Shown here: positions 11,124 through 18,776 of the stretch, piece after piece
Position numbering within the stretch: position 1 is the stretch's first letter
Layout of the letters: every line of letters begins with the position of its first letter
Assembly (NCBI GenBank): GCA_964617405.1
Contig: CAZTXX010000004.1
Location: 1 to 34,913, forward strand
Length of the DNA: 34,913 nucleotides
DNA from: an uncultured Aquimonas sp.
GTDB taxonomy: Bacteria > Pseudomonadota > Gammaproteobacteria > Xanthomonadales > Xanthomonadaceae
Reading direction: 5' to 3'
The notes under the pieces: model-generated
Seen by the model: the letters and a program-made list of their open reading frames with translations, nothing else
Databases searched by the model: none
What the model was told of the DNA's origin: nothing
Translations under genes and position numbers: made by a program

Positions 11124-13550
11124 ATGAAGAAAAAAACAGGCGGTCGGGGCCAGACCCCCGGCAAATCCGCATCCAGGCGCCCTGGCTGGATGCCCGAGTC
11201 CCTGGTCGAGTCCGAGAAGCCGGCGGCGCGCAAGTCCTCCGGCACCGCACGCAAGACCACAACGAAAACCGCGCGCAAGCCTGAAACCCCAGCCACACCG
11301 GCAGTCTCACGTCGCAGTCGGTCGCAACCGGCCCCGCGCGTCCATGATCATTACGCCGAACGCGAGGCCTTGCGCTACGAGCGGCCCATCGCCAGCCGCG
11401 AGGCGATCCTCGCCCTGGTCGATGCCGCCGATGGGCCGCAGTCGATCGAACAGTTGGCGACACAGCTCGAACTGACCGCCCCGGATCGCTTCGAGGCGCT
11501 CAGCCGACGCCTGGCGGCGATGCTGCGCGATGGCCAGTTGCATGTGAACCGCCGTGGGCAGTACGTGCCAGCCAGAAAGGCGGCCCTGGTTTCGGGCACC
11601 GTCATCGCCAATCCCGAGGGTTTTGGTTTCCTGCATCCCGATGGCGGCGGCGAGGATCTCTTCCTGCCACCGCGCGAGATGCGCAAGGTGTTCCACGGCG
11701 ATCGCGTCATGGCCAACGTGGTCAACGTCGATCAGCGCGGGCGGCGCGAGGGCAGCATCGTCGATGTGCTGGAACGCCGCCTCACCCGTCTGGTGGGGCG
11801 TTACGACGAACGCGCCGGTATCGGCCATGTCACGCCTGACGACCGTCGCGTGCTGCAGGATGTGATGATTCCCGCCGAGGCCCGCAACAAGGCGCGCCCC
11901 GGCCAGCTGGTGGTGTGTGAAGTGCTGGAGCCGCCGCAGCGCGGTCGACCGCCCATCGGCAAGGTGCTCACTGTGCTGGGTGATGCGTTGACCCCTTCCT
12001 TGGTGGTGGAGGTGGCGATCCACGGCCACGGCCTGCCGCATGTCTTTCCCGATGCGGTTCTGGAAGAGGCCGCCGCCGTTCCGCAGGCAGTCCCGCCCGA
12101 GCTCGCCGCAGGACGTGTGGATCTGCGCGCGCTGCCCCTGGTCACCATCGATGGCGAGGACGCGCGCGATTTCGACGATGCGGTGTATTGCGAGCCGAAC
12201 AGCAATGGTTTCCGCCTGATCGTGGCGATCGCCGATGTCTCGCACTACGTGCAGCCCGGCGCGCCGCTCGACGAGGAGGCGCAGAATCGTGCGACCTCGG
12301 TGTATTTTCCCGGTTACGTGATCCCGATGCTGCCTCAGACCCTGTCCAACGGCATCTGCTCGCTGCGTCCGGACGAGGATCGTCTGTGCTTTGTCTGCGA
12401 CATGCAGGTCGATCGCGACGGCGAGGTCACGCGCTCGAAGTTCTACGAGGCGGTGATGCGCTCCCATGCGCGCCTGACCTACACCCAGGTCTGGAACGCC
12501 GTGGGCGAGGACGATCCCGAGGCCGTCGCGCTGATCGGCGAACGCATGCCGCAGGTGCGCCACTTGCATCAGCTCTATCGTCTGCTCGCCAAGGCGCGTG
12601 CGGCGCGCGGGGCAATCGAGTTCGAGACCAGCGAGGTGCACTTCCTGCTGGGGCCGGGGGGCGAGGTGGTGCAGGGCGGCATGCAGGAGCGCAACGATGC
12701 CCACAAGCTGATCGAGGAATGCATGATCGCGGCCAATGTCGAGGCCGCCCGTTTCCTGATCCGCAAGAAGATTCCCGCGCCGTTCCGCGTGCACGACCGC
12801 CCGCCCGAACAGAAGTACGCCGACCTGCAGGAATTCTTGGCCGAGTTCAAGCTCTCGATGCCGCCCTGGAACAAGGTGCAGCCACGCGACTTCACTGCGC
12901 TGTTGAAGAAGGTGCGCAAGCGCGCCGACGGCGCGCTGATCGAATCGGTCTTGTTGCGCTCGCAGAGTCTTGCGGTCTATTCGCCGCAGAACATCGGCCA
13001 TTTCGGTCTGGCGCTGGACGCCTATGCGCACTTCACCTCGCCGATCCGCCGCTATGCCGACCTCCTGGTGCATCGTGCGGTCAAGCATGCGCTGGCCAAG
13101 GGGCACGCCAATGATTTCCGCTACGCGCCGCACGACATCGCCAGCCTGTGCCTGCAATGCTCCGAACGCAGCCGTCGCGCCGAAGAAGCCGAGCGCGAGG
13201 TGGATGAACGCTACCGTGCGGCGTGGATGGAGCAGCACGTCGGCGGCGAGTTCGACGGCATCGTCACCGGCGTGGCGTCCTTTGGCCTGTTCGTGGAAAT
13301 GAAGGACTCCAAGGTTACCGGCATGGTGCACGTCACCCAGCTGCCAAACGACTGGTATCACTTCGATCCGATACGCAAGATCCTTTCCGGTGAGCGCAGT
13401 GGCGCGGCATGGCGGCAGGGCGACGCGGTGCGCGTGCTGGTGCTGCGCGCCAGCATCGAGGATCGCCGTATCGACCTGCGCCTGGTGCCCGAAAAGACGC
13501 CTGTCGCAGACAAACGTGCCGGGCGCGGGAAGGCCGCCGCCACACGCTGA
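11124..13550 (+). CDS. rnr: Ribonuclease R
   Basis: HTH (YERPIASRE), CSD GFGF, RNB motifs VTIDGEDARDFDDAV, LIEECMIAAN, HFGL, HFTSPIRRYADL; C-terminal S1 domain. Confidence 0.97.
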   Translation: MKKKTGGRGQTPGKSASRRPGWMPESLVESEKPAARKSSGTARKTTTKTARKPETPATPAVSRRSRSQPAPRVHDHYAEREALRYERPIASREAILALVDAADGPQSIEQLATQLELTAPDRFEALSRRLAAMLRDGQLHVNRRGQYVPARKAALVSGTVIANPEGFGFLHPDGGGEDLFLPPREMRKVFHGDRVMANVVNVDQRGRREGSIVDVLERRLTRLVGRYDERAGIGHVTPDDRRVLQDVMIPAEARNKARPGQLVVCEVLEPPQRGRPPIGKVLTVLGDALTPSLVVEVAIHGHGLPHVFPDAVLEEAAAVPQAVPPELAAGRVDLRALPLVTIDGEDARDFDDAVYCEPNSNGFRLIVAIADVSHYVQPGAPLDEEAQNRATSVYFPGYVIPMLPQTLSNGICSLRPDEDRLCFVCDMQVDRDGEVTRSKFYEAVMRSHARLTYTQVWNAVGEDDPEAVALIGERMPQVRHLHQLYRLLAKARAARGAIEFETSEVHFLLGPGGEVVQGGMQERNDAHKLIEECMIAANVEAARFLIRKKIPAPFRVHDRPPEQKYADLQEFLAEFKLSMPPWNKVQPRDFTALLKKVRKRADGALIESVLLRSQSLAVYSPQNIGHFGLALDAYAHFTSPIRRYADLLVHRAVKHALAKGHANDFRYAPHDIASLCLQCSERSRRAEEAEREVDERYRAAWMEQHVGGEFDGIVTGVASFGLFVEMKDSKVTGMVHVTQLPNDWYHFDPIRKILSGERSGAAWRQGDAVRVLVLRASIEDRRIDLRLVPEKTPVADKRAGRGKAAATR

Positions 13551-13569
13551 ATCTCACCAAGGAATCCTC

Positions 13570-14325
13570 ATGGCCGGAGCCGACAACGACCGCTGGATCG
13601 CGGGCATCAACGCTGCTGCTGCTGCGCTGGAACACGACGGTGCCAGCGTGCGCGAGGTCCTGCTTGACGCCAAGGCGCGCAACCCGCGTCTGACCGAACT
13701 GGCGCAACTGGCACGCGACCAGGGCATCGCGGTCAACAGCGTGGGTGTCGCCGTGCTGGATCGCGCCGCTGCCGGGGTGCGTCACCAGGGCATCGTGGTG
13801 CGCAGCACACCGGTGCGCAATCTTGATGAGGATGACCTGGATGCATTGCTGGAAAGCACCGAGCGTCCCTTGCTGCTGGTCCTCGATGGGGTGCAGGACC
13901 CGCACAACCTCGGTGCCTGTCTGCGCAGTGCCGCCGCCGCGGGCGTGAGCGCCGTGGTGATGCCGAAAGACCGCAGCGCACCGATCAACGCCACCGTGCG
14001 CAAGACCTCCGCCGGCGCCGCCGACCGCATCGCCGTGGTGCGCGTGACCAATCTCGCGCGCACGATGGCCGAGCTCAAGCAGGCCGGCGTCTGGCTGGTC
14101 GGCCTCGCCGGTGAAGCCGAAGCCAGCCTGTACGACATGGATCTTGCGGGTGCCGTCGGCATCGTGATGGGCGGCGAGGGTGAAGGCCTGCGCCGGCTGA
14201 CCCGCGAACGCTGCGATTTCCTTGCCCGCATCCCGATGCCGGGCGCGGTTGAGAGCCTCAATGTTTCGGTTGCCACCGGTGTGGCCCTGTTCGAGGCTGT
14301 GCGTCAGCGCGGCGGCGCTTCCTGA
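13570..14325 (+). CDS. rlmB: 23S rRNA (guanosine-2'-O)-methyltransferase RlmB
   Basis: HQG, LDGVQDPHNLGACLRSA, KTSAGA, GGEGEGLR, IPM...ESLNVSVA; follows rnr; AAGGA SD before ATG 13570. Confidence 0.95.
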   Translation: MAGADNDRWIAGINAAAAALEHDGASVREVLLDAKARNPRLTELAQLARDQGIAVNSVGVAVLDRAAAGVRHQGIVVRSTPVRNLDEDDLDALLESTERPLLLVLDGVQDPHNLGACLRSAAAAGVSAVVMPKDRSAPINATVRKTSAGAADRIAVVRVTNLARTMAELKQAGVWLVGLAGEAEASLYDMDLAGAVGIVMGGEGEGLRRLTRERCDFLARIPMPGAVESLNVSVATGVALFEAVRQRGGAS

Positions 14326-14475
14326 AGCGGATACGCGTGGCCGTACCTGCGTTCGGGGCCTGATTCCCGCACCGCGTGCAATGGTCCGGTCCGCTAGCGC
14401 ACTTCTGCTCGCAGTCGAACGTACGATGGCGTATGCTTTGGCGCCAAGGGCCCACATGTTGAATAAGGTCGCGCC

Positions 14476-14955
14476 ATGGCTTCGATTCATGACTTTGATG
14501 CGGTCGACATCGATGGTGTTTCGCGCTCACTGGAGGTGTGGCGCGGGCAGGTGTTGTTGATCGTCAACGTGGCCTCGCAATGCGGCTTCACCTCGCAATA
14601 CGAGGGGCTGGAGGCGCTGTATCGCAAATACTCGCGGCAGGGGTTTTCGGTGCTGGGTTTCCCCTGCAACCAGTTCGGCCACCAGGAGCCGGGCGATGCC
14701 GAGGAAATCAAGCGTTTCTGCAGCCTCACCTATGAGGTCAGCTTCCCCCTCTTCGCCAAGATCGACGTCAACGGCCCCAATGCCCACCCGCTGTACCGTT
14801 GGCTTCGCAGTGAGAAACCCGGATTGCTTGGCAGCACGGCGATCAAGTGGAATTTCACCAAGTTCCTGATCGACCGCGAGGGGCAGGTGCGCCAGCGTTA
14901 CGCACCGGTCGACACGCCGGCCAAGCTGGAGCGGGACATCAGCGCGCTGTTGTAG
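14476..14955 (+). CDS. Glutathione peroxidase family (BtuE/Gpo-like, Cys type)
   Basis: VNVASQCG, LGFPCNQF, KWNFTKFL. Confidence 0.95.
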   Translation: MASIHDFDAVDIDGVSRSLEVWRGQVLLIVNVASQCGFTSQYEGLEALYRKYSRQGFSVLGFPCNQFGHQEPGDAEEIKRFCSLTYEVSFPLFAKIDVNGPNAHPLYRWLRSEKPGLLGSTAIKWNFTKFLIDREGQVRQRYAPVDTPAKLERDISALL

Positions 14956-14972
14956 GCGGCGCACGGCACTCA

Positions 14973-15009
14973 ATAGATGGGCTCTATCGCATCCATTGCA
15001 ACAATCAAT
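14973..15009. promoter_or_regulatory. OxyR binding site upstream of ahpC
   Basis: ATAG-N7-CTAT-N7-ATTG-N7-CAAT (14973, 14984, 14995, 15006), matching the four-tetrad OxyR consensus ATAG-N7-CTAT-N7-ATAG-N7-CTAT; abuts the -35. Confidence 0.85.
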
Positions 15010-15038
15010 TTAATCTATTGATCTCCTCTCGCTAGAAT
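15010..15038 (+). promoter_or_regulatory. ahpC promoter (-35/-10)
   Basis: TTAATC (15010-15015), 17-nt spacer, TAGAAT (15033-15038), immediately downstream of the OxyR box. Confidence 0.65.
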
Positions 15039-15096
15039 GGTTGGTGTCGGGGCTGACAGGCTCCGCAAGCACCCCAACCACAGCAAGGAGATCAAC

Positions 15097-15660
15097 ATGT
15101 CCCTCATCAACACGCAGGTTCAGCCGTTCGAAGCCGACGCCTTCCACAACGGCAAGTTCGTCAAGGTCAGCAATGAGAGCATGAAGGGCAAGTGGTCCGT
15201 CGTGATCTTCATGCCGGCCGCCTTCACCTTCAACTGCCCGACCGAGGTCGAGGATGCCGCCGAGCACTACGCCGAGTTCCAGAAGGCCGGTGCCGAGGTC
15301 TACATCGTCACCACCGATACGCACTTCTCGCACAAGGTGTGGCACGAAACCTCACCGGCCGTCGGCAAGGCGAAGTTCCCGCTGGTCGGCGACCCGACCC
15401 ACAAGCTGACCCACGCCTTCGGCGTGCACATCGAGGAAGAGGGCCTGGCCCTGCGCGGCACCTTCGTGATCAACCCGGAGGGCGTGATCAAGACGATGGA
15501 AATCCACTCCAACGAGATCGCGCGCGACGTCGGCGAGACCCTGCGCAAGCTCAAGGCCGCCCAGTACACCGCCGCCCACCCGGGTGAAGTCTGCCCGGCC
15601 AAGTGGAAGGAAGGCGCCAAGACCATCGCGCCTTCGCTCGACCTGGTCGGCAAGATCTGA
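15097..15660 (+). CDS. ahpC: Alkyl hydroperoxide reductase subunit C (2-Cys peroxiredoxin)
   Basis: [14 protein letters not shown] (peroxidatic Cys), EVCPAKW (resolving Cys), LDLVGKI; AAGGAG SD; extreme codon bias. Confidence 0.98.
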   Translation: MSLINTQVQPFEADAFHNGKFVKVSNESMKGKWSVVIFMPAAFTFNCPTEVEDAAEHYAEFQKAGAEVYIVTTDTHFSHKVWHETSPAVGKAKFPLVGDPTHKLTHAFGVHIEEEGLALRGTFVINPEGVIKTMEIHSNEIARDVGETLRKLKAAQYTAAHPGEVCPAKWKEGAKTIAPSLDLVGKI

Positions 15661-15674
15661 TTTTCGCCGTATCG

Positions 15675-15711
15675 GCTGTCCCATCCTCGCCGCGGCGGGG
15701 GTGGGAACAGC
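15675..15711 (+). other. Stem-loop in the ahpC-ahpF intergenic region
   Basis: GCTGT-CCCATCCTCGCC-GC-GGCGGGGGTGGG-A-ACAGC; no U-tract. A second hairpin lies at 15761-15783. Confidence 0.6.
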
Positions 15712-15817
15712 TCCGGGCCGCTGCGTGCGGCGGTCTGGACCTGTTCCTACGAATCATTCGGGTGTCCCGTGGTACGGGGCGCCGCGGTTTCGATCATCTG
15801 AAAGAAGGAGTCGCACC

Positions 15818-17380
15818 ATGTTGGATGACGGTCTGAAGGCCCAGCTTGCCGCCTATCTGGAGCGTCTCGTGCGCCCGGTGCATATCGTGGCCGCGCTGGA
15901 TGAAGGCGAGAATTCGCGCGAAGTGCGCGCCCTGCTCGACGACATCACCGCCGCTTCGCCCAAGGTCACCCTGGAACTGCGTGCCGAGGACGGCGTGCAT
16001 GTGCCGTCGTTCGCCCTGACCAGCCCCGGGCAGGACATCCACCTGCGCTTTGCCGGCCTGCCGATGGGCCACGAGTTCACCTCGCTGGTGCTGGCCCTGC
16101 TGCAGACCGGCGGCTACCCGCCCAAGGTCGAGGCCGAACTCATCGAGCAGATCCGGTCGCTCGACGGCGAGTTCCGCTTCGAGACCTATTTCTCGCAGTC
16201 CTGCCAGAGCTGCCCGGACGTGGTGCAGGCGCTGAACCTGATGAGCGTGCTGAACCCGAAGATCCGCCACGTCGCCATCGACGGTGCCTATTTCCCCGAC
16301 GAGGTGGAGGCACGCGAGGTGATGACCGTGCCCACGATCTTCCTCAACGGCGAGCGCTTCGGTCAGGGCCGCATGGGCATCGAGGAGATCGTCGCGAAGA
16401 TCGACAGCGGTGCCGAGGCGCGCGAGGCCGCGAAGCTCAAGGACGTGGCACCGTTCGACGTGCTGGTGGTTGGCGGTGGCCCGGCCGGTGCGGCGGCGGC
16501 CATCTATGCCGCGCGCAAGGGCATCCGCACCGGCGTGGTGGCCGAGCGCTTCGGCGGCCAGGTGCTTGATACCAACAGCATCGAGAACTTCATTTCGGTG
16601 AAGGAAACCGATGGCCCGAAACTCGCCGGCGCGCTCGACGCCCACGTGCGCGAATATGGCGTGGACGTGATGAACCGCCTGCGCGCACAGAAGCTGGTGC
16701 CCGGCCCGGACGGCATCACCGTCGAGTTCGAGAACGGCGCTTCCCTGGTCGGCAAGACCGTCGTGCTGGCCACGGGCGCGCGCTGGCGTGACATCAACGT
16801 GCCCGGCGAAGCCGAATACCGCACCCGCGGCGTGGCCTACTGCCCGCATTGCGATGGCCCGCTGTTCAAGGGCAAGAAGGTGGCGGTGATCGGCGGCGGC
16901 AACTCGGGCGTGGAGGCGGCGATCGATCTGGCGGGGCTGGTCGAGCACGTCACCGTGATCGAATTCCTGCCCGAGCTGAAGGCCGATGGCGTGCTGCAGC
17001 GCAAGCTCAACAGCCTGCCCAACGTCACCGTGGTGAAGAATGCCCGCACTACCGAAATCCACGGCGACGGCAGCCGCGTCACGGCGCTGAGCTACCTTGA
17101 TCGCGCCACCGAAGCCGAGCACCGGATCGACATCGCCGGTGTCTTCATCCAGGTGGGCCTGGTGCCGGTCACCGCCTGGCTGGAGGGCAGCGGCGTGGAG
17201 CTGACGCGTTTTGGCGAGATCGTGATCGACGCGCGTGGCCAGACCAGCGTGCCTGGCGTGTTCGCCGCCGGTGATGCCACCACCGAGCCCTACAAGCAGA
17301 TCATCATCGCGATGGGTGGCGGTGCCACGGCAGCGCTCTCGGCCTTCGACCACCTGATCCGTACCAGCGCGCCGGCTTGA
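15818..17380 (+). CDS. ahpF: Alkyl hydroperoxide reductase subunit F
   Basis: [60 protein letters not shown]; GAAGGAG SD before ATG 15818. Confidence 0.98.
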   Translation: MLDDGLKAQLAAYLERLVRPVHIVAALDEGENSREVRALLDDITAASPKVTLELRAEDGVHVPSFALTSPGQDIHLRFAGLPMGHEFTSLVLALLQTGGYPPKVEAELIEQIRSLDGEFRFETYFSQSCQSCPDVVQALNLMSVLNPKIRHVAIDGAYFPDEVEAREVMTVPTIFLNGERFGQGRMGIEEIVAKIDSGAEAREAAKLKDVAPFDVLVVGGGPAGAAAAIYAARKGIRTGVVAERFGGQVLDTNSIENFISVKETDGPKLAGALDAHVREYGVDVMNRLRAQKLVPGPDGITVEFENGASLVGKTVVLATGARWRDINVPGEAEYRTRGVAYCPHCDGPLFKGKKVAVIGGGNSGVEAAIDLAGLVEHVTVIEFLPELKADGVLQRKLNSLPNVTVVKNARTTEIHGDGSRVTALSYLDRATEAEHRIDIAGVFIQVGLVPVTAWLEGSGVELTRFGEIVIDARGQTSVPGVFAAGDATTEPYKQIIIAMGGGATAALSAFDHLIRTSAPA

Positions 17381-17395
17381 GCCGGCACGTCAGCC

Positions 17396-17423
17396 GCGTC
17401 AGCGCGCTCAGACGCGCTGACGC
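17396..17423. terminator. Perfect 11-bp inverted repeat at the ahpF / hemN-like convergence (possible U-less terminator)
   Basis: GCGTCAGCGCG-CTCAGA-CGCGCTGACGC; no poly-T on either side. Confidence 0.4.
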
Positions 17424-18775
17424 AGGCGTTGCGCACCGGGAACGATGCCATTGCCGGTATGCACGTCGAAACAGGCGCTGAGCACCGACAGGTGCAGGTG
17501 CCCGAGGGCGGTGGTGCGCACCGAATGCGGACCGCGCAGGAGGAACCCGTGGCTGGCCAATGCGTCGAGCCGGGCGAGTGCGGCGGAGAAGTGTTGTCGG
17601 AAGTCGATGCCGTACTGGTGCGACAGCCGGATGAAGTCGAGTTCGCCGCGGCAGACCAGATGCTGCACCACCTCGGCGCGCAACAGATCCTCCTCATCCA
17701 GTCGCATGCCGCGCCACACCGGCAGTTGATCCATGTCCAGCGCGGCCTCCCAGTGCGCGAGCTGGCGCGCGTTCTGGCTCAGACAGGCGCCGATATGGCT
17801 GTTGGCGTCGACCCCGAGACCCACGATGTCGCAGTCGCCGCGTTCGGTATAGCCGATCAGGTTGCAGTGCAAACGGCCGTCCTCCCGGGCCCGCACCAGG
17901 GGGTCGTCGGCATGTACGAAGTTGCACAGTCCCAAATGACGGTAGCCGGCGCGTTGCAAATGTTCGAGCAGCGGCGCGGCGCGCGGCGTGTGGCGACCGG
18001 CGGAGCGTTCCGGGCAGACCTTCGGCAGCGTCTCACTGCCGTCCTCGCCTTCCAGTCGATGGCGCAGGCTGATGCGGTCGGGCGGTGATTCCAGCAATCG
18101 CTGGATCGCCGCGTCGCGGGCCGTGGCGGACAGCGGCAGTGCGCCGATGGCCAGGTGCACCTGGGTGTGCAGACCGTGGCGATGGCAGGCGCGGATCAGT
18201 GCCGGTGCCGCAAGAAGTGGCGAGGTCTGCGGGGCCGGTCCGGCCAGTGGGTCGCCTTCCTGCAGGAGCAGTGCGACCGCATCGAATCCTGCATCGGCCA
18301 GTGCCGCGACATCGGCAGCCGGGGTGGTGAGTGGATCAAGCTCGATCAGGCGGTGCATCCTGCCGTGGCCCGAGGGCGTGAAGTGTTGTGGCAGCGCGTC
18401 GAGCAATTCCATGACCTGGGCCAGCGTGAGATGGGCCAGGGGCTGGTCGAGAAGGTGGACCTGGTCAAGTTGCCGGTCACGATCAAACAGTGCCGCGGTG
18501 AGTTCGATCTCGCGTCGCAGCCGCTGTACATAGGCGGCTGCAAACGAATGTGGCTCGTCGCGTGCGCGCAAGGTGCCGGGTTGAGGAAAATGCAGTCGCA
18601 CCGTGAGCGGGCGGGGAATCGGATCGCCGTTGCTGCCGGCGATCGCCTCGCGCAGCTCCGGTTCGCCGAACTCTGTGGAAAGCCTGGTGCCTGCACGGTA
18701 GCAGGGGCACTCCGGTCGCTGTACCCGATAGCGCGACAGTGGGATGGCTGCGGGCTGGTCGGGCAGGGCTGTCAT
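17408..18775 (-). CDS. HemN (coproporphyrinogen dehydrogenase)-like protein lacking the radical-SAM CxxxCxxC motif; probable pseudo-enzyme
   Basis: 455-aa intact ORF collinear with HemN (SNGDPIPR, REIEL..LFDRDR, IELDP, PDRI, AGY..LG, GLGV.A.SHIG, QN, LPVWRG, CFD). The cluster region reads RLHFPQPGTLRARD; GPRYTSYP is replaced by RPECPCYR and GGGTP by LDQPL. Start ATG 18775 is 1 nt after the upstream stop. Confidence 0.82.
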   Translation of the reverse strand: MTALPDQPAAIPLSRYRVQRPECPCYRAGTRLSTEFGEPELREAIAGSNGDPIPRPLTVRLHFPQPGTLRARDEPHSFAAAYVQRLRREIELTAALFDRDRQLDQVHLLDQPLAHLTLAQVMELLDALPQHFTPSGHGRMHRLIELDPLTTPAADVAALADAGFDAVALLLQEGDPLAGPAPQTSPLLAAPALIRACHRHGLHTQVHLAIGALPLSATARDAAIQRLLESPPDRISLRHRLEGEDGSETLPKVCPERSAGRHTPRAAPLLEHLQRAGYRHLGLCNFVHADDPLVRAREDGRLHCNLIGYTERGDCDIVGLGVDANSHIGACLSQNARQLAHWEAALDMDQLPVWRGMRLDEEDLLRAEVVQHLVCRGELDFIRLSHQYGIDFRQHFSAALARLDALASHGFLLRGPHSVRTTALGHLHLSVLSACFDVHTGNGIVPGAQRLRQRV

Positions 18776-18776
18776 G

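Noticed and set aside
11307-13361. 684-aa minus-strand ORF
   Set aside because: Antisense shadow of rnr.
14326-14475. Possible tRNA or sRNA in the rlmB-gpx spacer
   Set aside because: No cloverleaf, no T-loop/CCA arrangement and no terminator seen; likely only promoter sequence.
14476-14955. Selenocysteine glutathione peroxidase
   Set aside because: The active-site codon is TGC (Cys), with no in-frame TGA.
17408-18775. Calling this gene hemN or hemW
   Set aside because: It lacks CxxxCxxC and the GGGTP motif required in both; annotated as HemN-like only.
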